Both the position numbers and the translations under genes were made by a program. Below are positions 54,084 to 64,000 of a stretch of 64,000 bases of DNA, piece after piece. Origin of the DNA: an uncultured Pseudomonadota bacterium (GTDB taxonomy: Bacteria; Babelota; Babeliae; Babelales; Vermiphilaceae); assembly GCA_964433525.1 (NCBI GenBank), contig CAYSQT010000005.1, positions 20,103 to 84,102 on the forward strand. The letters run 5' to 3'. The notes below the pieces were generated by a model. That model was not told where the DNA came from. It ran no database searches and worked only from the letters and a program-made list of their open reading frames with translations. Each line of letters opens with the position of its first letter. The first letter of the stretch is position 1.

Positions 54084-54722
54084 GTGGGACAAAAAGTACA
54101 CCCTATAGGTTTTAGACTAGGAATTTATAGAAGTTGGAATGCTCGTTGGTTTGCTCCGCGTAATGAGTATGGTAAGCTTCTTATCGAAGATATTGTTATT
54201 AGACGTTTTTTGAAAAGCGCTCTTGAGAAAGCAGAAATATCTCGTATTGAAATAGAAAAGGCTGCGGATAGCATTCGCATCATTATTCATTCAGGTCGTC
54301 CTGGTCAAATTATTGGTCGTAAGGGTCAGGAGATTGATACCCTTCGTACGCAGCTTTCTGGTTTGTTAAAAAAACAAAACATTGAAATTTCTGTACAAGA
54401 AGTAGCAAAGCCTGAACTTGATGCTGCGCTTATAGCACAGAGTATTGCTACGCAGTTGGAACAACGAGTCAGTTATAAACGCGCCATGAAAAAGGCCGCT
54501 CAGTCAGCAATGAGAGCTGGAGCTAAAGGAATAAAAATTTGTTGTTCTGGCCGTTTGCAAGGCGCTGAAATAGCTCGCAGAGAATGGACGCGTGTTGGGT
54601 CTGTGCCTCTTCATACGTTGCGATCTGACATTGATTTTGGTATTGCAGAAGCAAAAACTACCTATGGCATGATTGGTGTTCAGGTGTGGGTGTGTAAGGG
54701 CGAGTATCAACATATTCGATAA
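54084..54722 (+). CDS. rpsC: 30S ribosomal protein S3
   Basis: GTG start. [13 protein letters not shown] and the KH domain GRKGQEI. Confidence 0.96.
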   Translation: MGQKVHPIGFRLGIYRSWNARWFAPRNEYGKLLIEDIVIRRFLKSALEKAEISRIEIEKAADSIRIIIHSGRPGQIIGRKGQEIDTLRTQLSGLLKKQNIEISVQEVAKPELDAALIAQSIATQLEQRVSYKRAMKKAAQSAMRAGAKGIKICCSGRLQGAEIARREWTRVGSVPLHTLRSDIDFGIAEAKTTYGMIGVQVWVCKGEYQHIR

Positions 54723-54746
54723 TATTTAAAATATGAGTTTTTAATC

Positions 54747-55196
54747 ATGTTGATGCCAAAAAAAATTAAATTTAGAAAAGTTCAAAAAGGAACTTTAAAA
54801 GGTTTGTCCAAAGGGGCCAGAACAGTTTGGTTTGGTGAGTATGGATTAGAGGCAGTTGAGCCTTGTAGATTGTCTGCTCAGCAAATTGAATCTATGCGTA
54901 TTACGCTGTCTCGTCACTTAAGAAAGAAAAAAGGTCAATCCTTTTTGAGAGTGTTTCCCGATAAGCCAGTTACAAAAAAACCGGCAGAAACTCGAATGGG
55001 TAAAGGGAAAGGAAATCCAGAAGTATGGGTTGCCGTTGTGAAGCGTGGGCGTATTGTATGTGAAGTATCTGGTGTTGATGAAGAATATGCTCGTAAGGTG
55101 TTGAAAATGGCATCATATAAATTGCCGATGAAAACGCGTGTTGTTAAAAAAGAGCACATGAGTGTTTCAGATCAATCCTCAGAGTTAACTATATAG
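54747..55196 (+). CDS. rplP: 50S ribosomal protein L16
   Basis: [11 protein letters not shown]...[11 protein letters not shown]. Confidence 0.96.
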   Translation: MLMPKKIKFRKVQKGTLKGLSKGARTVWFGEYGLEAVEPCRLSAQQIESMRITLSRHLRKKKGQSFLRVFPDKPVTKKPAETRMGKGKGNPEVWVAVVKRGRIVCEVSGVDEEYARKVLKMASYKLPMKTRVVKKEHMSVSDQSSELTI

Positions 55197-55206
55197 AGTT
55201 GATGTT

Positions 55207-55428
55207 ATGGAAAATATATCATTGTTTCAAAAGCTTACGCAGTCATCAATGGATGATTTGCGTGTTAAGCTAGAAGCTACTCGTCGTGATCTTTGTGGGT
55301 TGCGTATTAATGCGACAACTTCGCAAGTAAAAGATTGTTCTCAATACAAAAAATTGCGCAAACATATTGCGCGTATTTTGACTGCTATTAGGGCAAGAGA
55401 GATGTCTGTAGCTGAAAATCGTAAATAG
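55207..55428 (+). CDS. rpmC: 50S ribosomal protein L29
   Basis: 73 aa. Operon position and a helical hairpin-type sequence. Confidence 0.88.
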   Translation: MENISLFQKLTQSSMDDLRVKLEATRRDLCGLRINATTSQVKDCSQYKKLRKHIARILTAIRAREMSVAENRK

Positions 55429-55436
55429 GATGATGA

Positions 55437-55703
55437 ATGAATATAAGTGTTGAAAAGCAAAAGCGTCTTTTTGAAGGCAAGGTTGTATCCGATAAAATGG
55501 ATAAAACTATTGTTGTTGAAGTAGTACAGACGTACGTGCATCCAAAGTTCCGTAAAGTTTTGAGAAAAACAAAATCTTACAAAGTGCATGATGAAGCTAA
55601 TCAAGCAAAAGAGGGCGATGTTGTTCGATTTTTTCAAGGACGCCCGTTGGCAAAAACAAAATATATGTATCTTGCTGAAGTTGTAACAGGTAGTAAATCA
55701 TAA
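55437..55703 (+). CDS. rpsQ: 30S ribosomal protein S17
   Basis: GKVVSDKMDKTIVVEV....HPKF.K......YKVHDE. Confidence 0.95.
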   Translation: MNISVEKQKRLFEGKVVSDKMDKTIVVEVVQTYVHPKFRKVLRKTKSYKVHDEANQAKEGDVVRFFQGRPLAKTKYMYLAEVVTGSKS

Positions 55704-55721
55704 AGTACGAGGGATTGTGAT

Positions 55722-56087
55722 ATGGTTCAAAAAGAATCGTATCTTGAAGTAGCGGATAATTCTGGTGCGAAGGCATTGCAATGTATTCACATTATTGGTA
55801 GTACACGCAAGCGCTATGCATTTATAGGTGACACTATAAAGTGTGCCGTGAAAAAAGCTATTCCAGGTGGCATGGTAAAGAAGGGCGATGTTGTTGAGGC
55901 TGTTATTGTGCGAACAAAGAAAGAATTTCGCAGAGCAGATGGAAGCTACATTCGATTTGGAGAAAATGCAGCTGTCATTATAAAGCAAGGCGAAATAATT
56001 GGAACGCGAATTTTTGGTCCCATTGCACGAGAAGTTAGAGCGCGTGGATATGCTAAAATTTCATCATTAGCTCCAGAAGTTTTGTAA
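55722..56087 (+). CDS. rplN: 50S ribosomal protein L14
   Basis: [17 protein letters not shown]... Confidence 0.97.
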   Translation: MVQKESYLEVADNSGAKALQCIHIIGSTRKRYAFIGDTIKCAVKKAIPGGMVKKGDVVEAVIVRTKKEFRRADGSYIRFGENAAVIIKQGEIIGTRIFGPIAREVRARGYAKISSLAPEVL

Positions 56088-56101
56088 AGAAGGTATAATT
56101 C

Positions 56102-56416
56102 ATGATAGCACGCGTTAAAAAGAACGATACAGTACAGATTATGTCAGGAAAAGATAGCGGTAAGCAGGGTTCTGTAATGGCTGTTTTACCAAAAAAGAAG
56201 AAGGTTATGGTTAAAGGCATTGCTATAGCAACGCATCATTATAAACCGCGTCGTACTGGTGAGTCTGGTGGTATTCGTAAAGAAGAAAGTTTTATTGATA
56301 TGTCATGTGTTATGCCGGTTTGCTCTGCATGTAAAAAACCTGCTCGTGTTAATTCCAAAACATTAGAGACAGGCAAAAGCGTGCGAGTGTGTAATCGGTG
56401 TAAAGAAATTTTTTAG
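56102..56416 (+). CDS. rplX: 50S ribosomal protein L24
   Basis: 104 aa. KKNDTVQIMSGKDSGKQG (KOW motif) and a Cys4-containing C-terminus. Confidence 0.93.
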   Translation: MIARVKKNDTVQIMSGKDSGKQGSVMAVLPKKKKVMVKGIAIATHHYKPRRTGESGGIRKEESFIDMSCVMPVCSACKKPARVNSKTLETGKSVRVCNRCKEIF

Positions 56417-56437
56417 AAAAGCAATGGAACATTCGTT

Positions 56438-56983
56438 ATGAAAAGATCTCGATTGGTGAAACAATATAATGATGACATTCGTCCTTCACTGCAAAAACAG
56501 TTGGGATTGAATAACATTATGATGGTGCCTAAATTAGTAAAAATAGTTTTGAATGTTGGTGTAAAAGAAGCTGTCTCTGATTCAAAAGTGCTTCAAGAAG
56601 CAATGAACGTTTTGGAAAAAATTTCAGGGCAACATTCAGTTAAAAGATTGGCGCGCAAATCAATAGCAGGATTTAAGTTAAGAGAAGGTATGCCTATCGG
56701 TGCCATGGTAACATTACGCGGTGATGTTATGTATGAGTTTTTGGATAAGTTTATCTCTTTTGCTTTGCCAAAAGTGCGTGATTTTCAGGGACTTCCGACC
56801 AAGCTAGATGGTCGAGGTGGTTATAATATTGGTATAAAAGATTGGACCATTTTTCCTGAAGTAGAATTTGATATTAGCAAAAAAATGCATGGTCTTAACA
56901 TCACGATTCAAACATCTTCATCAGAAGATAAGAATGCTTATGCGTTGTTGCAAGCATTTAATATACCATTCAGAAAATCATAA
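56438..56983 (+). CDS. rplE: 50S ribosomal protein L5
   Basis: 181 aa. [13 protein letters not shown] and [11 protein letters not shown]. Confidence 0.96.
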   Translation: MKRSRLVKQYNDDIRPSLQKQLGLNNIMMVPKLVKIVLNVGVKEAVSDSKVLQEAMNVLEKISGQHSVKRLARKSIAGFKLREGMPIGAMVTLRGDVMYEFLDKFISFALPKVRDFQGLPTKLDGRGGYNIGIKDWTIFPEVEFDISKKMHGLNITIQTSSSEDKNAYALLQAFNIPFRKS

Positions 56984-57000
56984 AGGTTATTAGGATTGCA

Positions 57001-57186
57001 ATGGCAAGAAAAGCATTGATTGAAAAACAAGGTAAGGAACCAAAATTTAGCACGCGTGCGTATAATAGGTGTGAATTATGTGGTCGCGCAAGAGCATATT
57101 TTCGGTTATTTAGAATGTGTCGTATGTGTTTTAGAAAAAATGCCCTAGAAGGATTGCTTCCAGGCGTTAAAAAAACAAGCTGGTAA
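57001..57186 (+). CDS. rpsZ: 30S ribosomal protein S14, type Z (zinc-binding)
   Basis: 61 aa. [22 protein letters not shown]. Confidence 0.95.
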   Translation: MARKALIEKQGKEPKFSTRAYNRCELCGRARAYFRLFRMCRMCFRKNALEGLLPGVKKTSW

Positions 57187-57195
57187 GGAGACTCA

Positions 57196-57594
57196 ATGTC
57201 AGTTGATTCAATTGCAGATTTTATTACAATTATTCGGAATGGCATAATGGTTTCTAAGCCAGTGGTTTCTGCGCCATATTCAAAAATGCGCCATTCTATT
57301 GCTCATATTTTGAAAGATGAAGGTTTCATCCATGATGTTGCGATTATTAACGCTGATTCTGATATAACTAAGTCTTTAAAAATAGTTTTAAAGTATGTTG
57401 ATGGCGAATCTGCTATTCACGAAATTAAGCGCGTGAGCACCCCGGGTTGTCGGGTTTATGTAGGAACAAAGAACATTAAACCAGTTATTGGAAAACTTGG
57501 CATATCAATATTAACAACGAATCGCGGTCTTGTGGTGAACAAACAAGCGAAAAAGTTTAATGTTGGTGGCGAAGTAATCTGTACCGTTTGGTAA
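57196..57594 (+). CDS. rpsH: 30S ribosomal protein S8
   Basis: 132 aa. DSIADFITIIRNG...GGEVICTVW. Confidence 0.96.
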   Translation: MSVDSIADFITIIRNGIMVSKPVVSAPYSKMRHSIAHILKDEGFIHDVAIINADSDITKSLKIVLKYVDGESAIHEIKRVSTPGCRVYVGTKNIKPVIGKLGISILTTNRGLVVNKQAKKFNVGGEVICTVW

Positions 57595-57605
57595 GGAGTG
57601 TTCAT

Positions 57606-58166
57606 ATGTCAAAAATTGGTAGAAAGCCTATTAATATTGATGGACTTACTGTTGATATCAAAGGTCAAGCGGTACATTATAAAGGAGCGCATGCTTCTGG
57701 AATTCATTATGTACCAACAGAGCTTGATGTAGTTGCAAGAGACAAAAAATTATATCTATCTGTTAAGTCTGAAGTGGGATCGTCATCAAAGCATATTTCT
57801 TCTATCAATCGGCTTTGGGGATTACACAGAGCTTTACTCGCTAACGAATTAGGTGGGGCTGCTCAAGAATTTGAAAAAATGATTGAAATTAATGGGTTAG
57901 GTTATAAAGCAGCGCTTGCCGGAAAAAAAATGACTCTTGCGTTGGGATATAGCCATAAAATTGAAGTTGATATTCCAGCGGGGATTTCTGTTGAGATTGA
58001 TAAGTCTGGACAAAAAATAAAAGTTAAATCGAGCAACAGGTGTGATGCAGGGCAATTTTGTAGTGAAATACGCGCGTTACGAGTACCGGAACCTTATAAA
58101 GGTAAAGGTATAAAATTACAGACAGAAGTAATTAGACGTAAAGCAGCAGGTAAGGCCAAAAAGTAG
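57606..58166 (+). CDS. rplF: 50S ribosomal protein L6
   Basis: MSKIGRKPI... AAGGAG RBS lies 8 nt upstream. The ORF track starts at TTG 57588. Also PEPYKGKGI. Confidence 0.95.
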   Translation: MSKIGRKPINIDGLTVDIKGQAVHYKGAHASGIHYVPTELDVVARDKKLYLSVKSEVGSSSKHISSINRLWGLHRALLANELGGAAQEFEKMIEINGLGYKAALAGKKMTLALGYSHKIEVDIPAGISVEIDKSGQKIKVKSSNRCDAGQFCSEIRALRVPEPYKGKGIKLQTEVIRRKAAGKAKK

Positions 58167-58192
58167 GTTATAAGGTTTAATAGGGATTATGA

Positions 58193-58549
58193 ATGGCTAC
58201 GCATAAAAAAGATCGAATTAGAGCACAGCGTAGAACAATGCGAGTTCGTGCAAAGGTAAAACGTTATGGCATGCCGCCACGTGTCTCAGTGTTCAGAAGT
58301 TTAAGTCATATATATGCACAGATTATTGATGATATGACACATAATACACTAGTGGCGTGTTCATCTCTTGAAATATCAGGAATTAAAGGCGATAAAAAAG
58401 AAGTTGCACATGCTGTTGGTGTTGAGCTTGCAAAGCGTGCAAAAGCAAAGAATATTGATGTGGTAGTGTTCGACAGGGGCCGCTTTAAGTTCCATGGTAG
58501 AGTTAAATCTCTCGCTGACGGTTTGCGTGAAGGTACGTTAAATTTTTGA
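58193..58549 (+). CDS. rplR: 50S ribosomal protein L18
   Basis: 118 aa. RVSVFRSLSHIYAQIIDD and FDRG...HGRVK.LADG.RE.GL.F. Confidence 0.95.
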   Translation: MATHKKDRIRAQRRTMRVRAKVKRYGMPPRVSVFRSLSHIYAQIIDDMTHNTLVACSSLEISGIKGDKKEVAHAVGVELAKRAKAKNIDVVVFDRGRFKFHGRVKSLADGLREGTLNF

Positions 58550-58575
58550 AGATATAGGTAGCAAGGAATTAAAGA

Positions 58576-59106
58576 ATGGCAACAAACAGAGAAGTTATGA
58601 GAGAAGACAACAAAGAAAAAAAAGATTCTTTTGTTGATCACGTAGTAAGTTTACGACGTGTTACAAAAGTTACCAAGGGCGGTAAACGTTTTTCTTTTGT
58701 TGCTTTTGTCATTTCAGGAGATAAGCAAGGTTCTGTAGGTCTTGCTCTTGGTAAAAGTCGTGAAGTTTCTATGGCGATTGCAAAAGCAACCAATAGAGCA
58801 CGGAAAAAAATGATTTCAGTTGCTCGTCGTGGTTCAACAGTTCCCTACGAAGCGATGGGTAGGCACGGAGCAACAAGTGTGATGGTCCGTCCTGCATCTA
58901 AAGGAACAGGAAATATTGCTGGTGGTGCTGTGCGTGCAATTATGGATGCTGCTGGAGTGGAAGACGTTTTAACAAAATCGCGTGGTTCAAGCAATAGCAT
59001 TAATGTTGCTAAAGCAACCATGAATGCTTTGGCGAAATTGCGTACCGTTGAACGTATAAGCTTATTGCGTGGAAAATCTGTTCAAGAAATGATTAAAGGA
59101 TTGTAA
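58576..59106 (+). CDS. rpsE: 30S ribosomal protein S5
   Basis: 176 aa. [22 protein letters not shown]. Confidence 0.96.
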   Translation: MATNREVMREDNKEKKDSFVDHVVSLRRVTKVTKGGKRFSFVAFVISGDKQGSVGLALGKSREVSMAIAKATNRARKKMISVARRGSTVPYEAMGRHGATSVMVRPASKGTGNIAGGAVRAIMDAAGVEDVLTKSRGSSNSINVAKATMNALAKLRTVERISLLRGKSVQEMIKGL

Positions 59107-59573
59107 TGTTTCGCTTAGAAAATTTAGAACCTGCGGGAAAAGAAAGAAAAAGAGTTGGTCGTGGTGGTAGTCGTGGTGGCACGTCTGGCCGTGGTCATAA
59201 AGGCCAAAATGCTCGTTCTGGAGGACCAAAAGGTCGTGGATTTGAAGGTGGGCAGACACCTTTACAGCGACGTCTTCCTAAACGTGGATTCACTAATGCT
59301 CGGTTTTCCAAAGAAGTTGCATTAGTAAATCTTAAAAGTTTAGAGCGTGTTTTTTCTGAAGGAGAAGAAATTGATACGCTTATTTTAGCTCAAAAAGGTT
59401 TAATTAAGCCTAAAAAAAGTGAGCAACAAGACATAAAAAAAGGGACGTTTGTTAAAATCTTAGGTGATGGTGTATTGCAGAAAAAATTAACAATTTCTGC
59501 TCACGCATTCAGCGCCTCAGCAATACAAGCGATAGAAAAAGTTGGTGGTAAGGCACTTATAATTAAGGAGTAA
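59106..59573 (+). CDS. rplO: 50S ribosomal protein L15
   Basis: 155 aa. [20 protein letters not shown]. It starts on the last base of the rpsE stop codon. Confidence 0.95.
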   Translation: MFRLENLEPAGKERKRVGRGGSRGGTSGRGHKGQNARSGGPKGRGFEGGQTPLQRRLPKRGFTNARFSKEVALVNLKSLERVFSEGEEIDTLILAQKGLIKPKKSEQQDIKKGTFVKILGDGVLQKKLTISAHAFSASAIQAIEKVGGKALIIKE

Positions 59574-59579
59574 TAAGCA

Positions 59580-60905
59580 GTGGTGCTCCTCAAAAATTTT
59601 CTTAATATATTTCGGATTCCAGAGTTAAGAAAAAAAGTTTTTTTTACTTTGGGAATATTGATCATTTATCGATTGGGCAATCATATACCAATGATTGGTG
59701 TTGATATTGACAAACTTCAGCAAATGATGAATCAGGGGGTTGGTCTTAGTGGGATATTTTCTTATCTAGATCTTTTTTCTGGGGGAAGTTTGCGACAATG
59801 CACATTGTTTGCTTTGGGTATTAGTCCGTATATTATGTCATCGATTATGATGCAAATGCTCAGTCTTTCCATTCCATCTCTTGAAATGCTTGCAAAAGAA
59901 GGTGAATATGGTCGTAAAATGATTAATCAATATACGCGCTATTTGACGCTTTTTGTAAGTCTGTTTCAAAGTACAGGATTTGTTTTTTTATTAGAGAAAT
60001 ATGGTCTTGTTATTGATCCAACAATAGGGTCAAGAATATTATTTGTTCTTGCTTTGACTGTTGGAACAATGTTTGTTATGTGGCTGGGAGAGCAAATATC
60101 ATTATTTGGATTGGGTAATGGTTCCTCCATGATTATTTTTGGTGGTATTGTTGCACGATTTCCCGATGATATTGTCAAAACTATTGGCGCAATGCAAGAG
60201 GGATATCTTGATCCTCTTGTTGGTGGATTGCTTTTTGTGATAGCAATCGCTATCGCAGCTGCAATTGTTTTTCTTGAGAAAGCAGATCGCAAAATTCCTG
60301 TACAGTATTCAAGAAGAATGGTTGGTAATAAAGTGTATGGCGGGCAAAGCACCTATATTCCATTTAAAATTAACACTGCAGGAGTAGCGCCAGTTATATT
60401 CTCTAATGCTATGCTCAATATCCCTATGTTTGCATCAACCGTACTTGCAACTCGTTTTATTTTTTTTAAATCTGTTGCAGAGAGCTTGGTTCCGGGTGGG
60501 GCTATTTACAATGTATTAGATTTTTTCCTTATCATAGGGTTTTCATTTTTATATACAGCATTGATTTTTAACCCTGAAGAGCTTGCAGATAATATTAAAA
60601 AAGGTGGTGGTTTTATTCCTGGCGTTCGCCCGGGGAAAAAAACTGCAGAAGTTTTTAGTTATGTATTAACACGACTAGGACTGGTTGGAGCTTTATATCT
60701 TGCTGCATTGGCTCTTTTACCACATATTATTCAAGCATTTTTACATATTCCATTTGTATTGACAGGAATTTTAAGTGGAACAGCATTATTGATTGTTGTT
60801 GGCGTTGCTAATGAAACAGCTGCTCAGATTGAATCATATCTCATTGAGCATAGATATGAAGGGTTTTTGACATCAGGAAGATTAAGAGGCAGGGGAGCGC
60901 GTTGA
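59580..60905 (+). CDS. secY: Preprotein translocase subunit SecY
   Basis: 441 aa with 10 TM segments. GISPYIMSSIMMQ. GTG start. Confidence 0.96.
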   Translation: MVLLKNFLNIFRIPELRKKVFFTLGILIIYRLGNHIPMIGVDIDKLQQMMNQGVGLSGIFSYLDLFSGGSLRQCTLFALGISPYIMSSIMMQMLSLSIPSLEMLAKEGEYGRKMINQYTRYLTLFVSLFQSTGFVFLLEKYGLVIDPTIGSRILFVLALTVGTMFVMWLGEQISLFGLGNGSSMIIFGGIVARFPDDIVKTIGAMQEGYLDPLVGGLLFVIAIAIAAAIVFLEKADRKIPVQYSRRMVGNKVYGGQSTYIPFKINTAGVAPVIFSNAMLNIPMFASTVLATRFIFFKSVAESLVPGGAIYNVLDFFLIIGFSFLYTALIFNPEELADNIKKGGGFIPGVRPGKKTAEVFSYVLTRLGLVGALYLAALALLPHIIQAFLHIPFVLTGILSGTALLIVVGVANETAAQIESYLIEHRYEGFLTSGRLRGRGAR

Positions 60906-61591
60906 ACAATCGTCACATAGAAAAAATATTTATTTTTATTGGTCCTCCTGGCGCTGGTAAAGGTTCTTTGGCTAATCTTTGTACAAAACGATTTGGTTGG
61001 ATGCAAGTTTCTACCGGAAATTTATGTAGAAAACATATTGTTGAAGAAACAAAAATAGGCAAAGAAATAGATTTAATTATTAAATCTGGTAAACTGATCA
61101 GTGATGATATCATTACGGATATGGTAAAAGATTGGCTTCATGAGAATGCGCAAAGAATGTCGGGGGTTATTTTTGATGGATATCCAAGGACTCTTGCGCA
61201 AGCTCAATCTTTTGAAAACATTCTCAAAGAAGAATTCCCAGAATCACAAGAACAGGTTATTCTTTTTTTGATTCCAGATGATGTGGTAGTTGATAGACTT
61301 TGTCGTCGTTTTGTATGTCAAAATATAGATTGCCAAGCTGTATATTCAATTGCTCCAGGTAACATATCTGACAGCACGTTAATATGTGATAAGTGCGGAG
61401 TTGCTCTTGGCAGAAGAAGTGATGACGAAGAAGAGGCGGTAAGGAAGCGCCTTGCTGTTTATTATACGCACACCAAGGCATTGGTTGATTTTTATAGAAA
61501 TAATGGCACTAAAGTAATTGAGCTTGATGCATCAAAGCCATTACAAGAAGTATTCAAATGTTTTTTGCAAACGCAACAATTAGATGAATGA
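60902..61591 (+). CDS. adk: Adenylate kinase (Cys-containing LID)
   Basis: TTG start overlapping secY. GPPGAGKGS, and a LID with C..C...C..C-type cysteines. Confidence 0.93.
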   Translation: MNNRHIEKIFIFIGPPGAGKGSLANLCTKRFGWMQVSTGNLCRKHIVEETKIGKEIDLIIKSGKLISDDIITDMVKDWLHENAQRMSGVIFDGYPRTLAQAQSFENILKEEFPESQEQVILFLIPDDVVVDRLCRRFVCQNIDCQAVYSIAPGNISDSTLICDKCGVALGRRSDDEEEAVRKRLAVYYTHTKALVDFYRNNGTKVIELDASKPLQEVFKCFLQTQQLDE

Positions 61592-62385
61592 TAAGTGAAT
61601 ATATGATTCATATAAAGAATAAAGATTCAATTCAGATTATGGCTCACGCTGGAATGTTGTTGTCTGAAATATTAGACACGGTACATCATCAGATTGTTCC
61701 CGGAATAACAACAGCAGATATTGATGCATGGATTGGATATCAGTTGCAAGAAAAAGAATTGGTATCGTGTACTAAGGGGTATAAGGGATATCGACACGTG
61801 AGTTGTATTGCTGTGAACGATGAAGTTGTTCATGGCGTACCTCGATTGACATCTATTTTAAAAAATGGAGATTTAGTAAAAATTGATGTTTGTGCGTCAT
61901 GGAATGGTTATTGTGCCGATATGGCACGTAGTTTTTTTGTTGGAGAACATTCTACACAAGCAAAAAAATTAGTTGATGTTGCAAAAACTGCATTGGACAG
62001 AGGTATTGAAAAAGCTTGCGTGGGAAATAGACTGTCTGATATTTCTGCGGCGATTCAGGAAGAAGTTGAAGCTCATGGGTTCAGTGTTGTTCGTGATTTT
62101 GCAGGTCATGGCATTGGCAAAAATATGCATGAAGAACCGGAAATTCTCAATTATGGAAAACCTGGTCGTGGTCCATTGCTTAAGGAAGGAATGACTTTTG
62201 CTATTGAACCAATGATTACGTTGGGTAAGGCTGATGTATACATAGATCGTGATGGTTGGACAGTAAAGACCCTAGATGGCAGTCTTGCTGCACATGTTGA
62301 GGATACGATAGCTATTACTCATGATGGACCAGTAGTTTTGACGCGTAAAAATATAGAACAACAAAATAGTAAGAGCGCTGCATGA
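61588..62385 (+). CDS. map: Methionine aminopeptidase type I
   Basis: 265 aa. [29 protein letters not shown] and IEPM. Confidence 0.95.
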   Translation: MISEYMIHIKNKDSIQIMAHAGMLLSEILDTVHHQIVPGITTADIDAWIGYQLQEKELVSCTKGYKGYRHVSCIAVNDEVVHGVPRLTSILKNGDLVKIDVCASWNGYCADMARSFFVGEHSTQAKKLVDVAKTALDRGIEKACVGNRLSDISAAIQEEVEAHGFSVVRDFAGHGIGKNMHEEPEILNYGKPGRGPLLKEGMTFAIEPMITLGKADVYIDRDGWTVKTLDGSLAAHVEDTIAITHDGPVVLTRKNIEQQNSKSAA

Positions 62386-62606
62386 AGCAAAAAGAAGATG
62401 TCATACGAGTTGACGGAATTGTAAAAGAAACGTTACCAAATGCAACGTTTCGCGTAGAAATAGAAGGTGGGCATGTGGTGTTAGCTCACGTATCGGGTAA
62501 AATGAGAATGCATTATATTCGTATTTTACCAGGAGATAAGGTGGCGTTAGAGTTATCATCATATGATTTAACACGCGGAAGAATTGTACTGCGATATAAG
62601 GATTAG
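62382..62606 (+). CDS. infA: Translation initiation factor IF-1
   Basis: 74 aa. LPNATFRVE...[37 protein letters not shown]. Confidence 0.97.
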   Translation: MKQKEDVIRVDGIVKETLPNATFRVEIEGGHVVLAHVSGKMRMHYIRILPGDKVALELSSYDLTRGRIVLRYKD

Positions 62607-62618
62607 GCAGGAGTTATC

Positions 62619-62735
62619 ATGAAAGTTAGAACATCAGTAAAAGCTATTTGTAATGATTGTCGTATTATTAAGCGTAAAGGCGTTGTGCGCGTTATTTGTA
62701 ACAAAAGCCCTAAGCATAAACAACGACAAGGATAG
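62619..62735 (+). CDS. rpmJ: 50S ribosomal protein L36
   Basis: Not in the ORF track because it is shorter than 60 aa. Manual translation gives [43 protein letters not shown] lies upstream. Confidence 0.93.
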   Translation: MKVRTSVKAICNDCRIIKRKGVVRVICNKSPKHKQRQG

Positions 62736-62753
62736 TAAGAGGAATATAAAATT

Positions 62754-63137
62754 ATGGCTAGAATAGAAGGTGTTGTTTTACCTGCTAGTAAGCGAATTGA
62801 GTATGGACTACCCTATATTTTTGGAATTGGTCTTGTAAGATCACAAGATATTTTGCGTAAAGTAGGTATCGATTTTAATAAACGAGTAAAAGATTTAACC
62901 GATGCTGAAGTTGCTGCGATTCAAAAAGAAATTACCGATAATTATCTTGTTGAAGGTGAATTGCGCAGGGACATTACGTTAAATATTAAGCGATTACAAG
63001 AAATTGGTTCTTATAGAGGATTGCGGCATAAAAAAGGTTTGCCGGTAAGAGGGCAAAGAACCAAAACAAATGCTCGTACTCGAAAAGGACCAGCAAAGAG
63101 TCCTGTAGCGCTTAAGCGTAAAGCAACAAAAAAATAA
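62754..63137 (+). CDS. rpsM: 30S ribosomal protein S13
   Basis: MARIEGV.LP..KR....L..I.GIG and [22 protein letters not shown]. Confidence 0.97.
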   Translation: MARIEGVVLPASKRIEYGLPYIFGIGLVRSQDILRKVGIDFNKRVKDLTDAEVAAIQKEITDNYLVEGELRRDITLNIKRLQEIGSYRGLRHKKGLPVRGQRTKTNARTRKGPAKSPVALKRKATKK

Positions 63138-63163
63138 TATAACGTAATAAAGGTTATTGTTAG

Positions 63164-63547
63164 ATGGCTTATAAGAAAAAATCAAAAAAACTAAAACAAA
63201 GAATATCATCTGCTATTGCACATGTTAAATCAACATTTAACAACACTATAGTATCTATTACCACAATAGAAGGTGATGTTTTATTTAGTTCAAGTTCAGG
63301 GCGCTTAGGATTTAAGGGTTCACGTAAAAGCACACCTTTTGCGGCATCTCAGATTGCATCTAATCTCGCCAAAGAAATGCAGCTTGTTGGCATAAAAAAT
63401 TTAGAAATTAACATGCAGGGACCTGGTTCTGGCAGAGATTCTGTTGTGCGAGCGTTTCAATCTGCAGGTATAGCTATTTCTGTATTGCGAGACGTTACTC
63501 CATTGCCTCATAATGGTTGTCGACCGCCAAGCAAGCGATGTGTATAA
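63164..63547 (+). CDS. rpsK: 30S ribosomal protein S11
   Basis: 127 aa. AHVKSTFNNTIVSIT and GPGSGRDS..RA......I....D.TP.PHNGCRP.K.R. Confidence 0.97.
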   Translation: MAYKKKSKKLKQRISSAIAHVKSTFNNTIVSITTIEGDVLFSSSSGRLGFKGSRKSTPFAASQIASNLAKEMQLVGIKNLEINMQGPGSGRDSVVRAFQSAGIAISVLRDVTPLPHNGCRPPSKRCV

Positions 63548-63579
63548 AAAATAATAAATTTTTAGTGGGATAAGGTTTC

Positions 63580-64000
63580 ATGGCAATTTCAAGAGAAGAA
63601 AATACGGAAAAACAACAATCCAAAGCTCCTCGCAAAAAGCTTTCTGAATATGGCCGACAGCTTCAAGAAAAGCAAAAGGTCAAAGAAATGTATGGTTTGA
63701 GAGAGCGTCAATTTAAGCGTTTTTTTGTTGTTGCAAGCAAGCAACAAGAGGGTGGTCCAGGTGAAAATTTATTGAAGTTGCTTGAACGACGTCTTGACAA
63801 TGTTGTATATCGTTTAAAAATGGCAACAACACGCAGGCAAGCTCGTCAAATCATTGCACATGGTCATATTTTAGTTAACGGTAAAAAGATTTATTCTCCT
63901 TCGTTTTTGACCTCTGTAAGTGATATTGTTACTTTAAGTCAGCGTGTTTCTACTCTTACAACGTTTATGGCAGATGTTATTGAAAAACGGATGAAAGTAG
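63580..64000 (+). CDS. rpsD: 30S ribosomal protein S4, truncated at its 3' end by the window edge
   Basis: ATG 63580. ...[12 protein letters not shown]....YG..ERQF..F...[19 protein letters not shown]...HGHI.VNGK. The frame stays open to the window end. Confidence 0.92.
   Translation, partial: MAISREENTEKQQSKAPRKKLSEYGRQLQEKQKVKEMYGLRERQFKRFFVVASKQQEGGPGENLLKLLERRLDNVVYRLKMATTRRQARQIIAHGHILVNGKKIYSPSFLTSVSDIVTLSQRVSTLTTFMADVIEKRMKV

Noticed and set aside
56300-56416. Cys-rich C-terminus of L24 (CSACKKPARV...CNRCKEIF), considered as a possible fused zinc-ribbon gene.
   Set aside because: A Cys4 C-terminal segment is a known variant of bacterial L24. There is no frame change and no extra length beyond the normal ~105 aa.

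Overview
This is an AT-rich bacterial chromosome segment using the standard genetic code (TGA, TAA and TAG all act as stops). I found no rRNA genes, tRNA genes or CRISPR arrays. The right third (46.3-64 kb) is a textbook str/S10/spc/alpha ribosomal super-operon: rpsL-rpsG-fusA-tuf-rpsJ...rplO-secY-adk-map-infA-rpmJ-rpsM-rpsK-rpsD. L30 is absent from it. A second translation cluster sits at 23.6-27.4 kb (ffh-rpsP-KH-trmD-rplS). It has no rimM, and its TrmD is fused to a second SPOUT-type domain. Other housekeeping genes are pcrA/uvrD, hflX, murC, yidC, recR, pepP, ppa, rseP and rplM. The left ~17 kb looks accessory. It holds a TLC-type nucleotide transporter, an orphan MNT nucleotidyltransferase and an ATPase-wHTH-nuclease-like gene. 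It also holds three mosaic paralogues of a secreted beta-propeller-like protein, with an orphan AbiEi-like gene inserted among them, and several enzymes carrying secretion signals. The nucleotide transporter and the many secreted proteins of unknown function suggest a host-associated or intracellular bacterium (for example Dependentiae/TM6-like), but that is inference only. The most unusual locus is a 1316-aa ORF (39216-43166). It consists of three tandem tail-fibre-like modules, and each ends in its own peptidase-S74-like intramolecular chaperone domain with a Ser/Lys dyad. No other phage genes are nearby.
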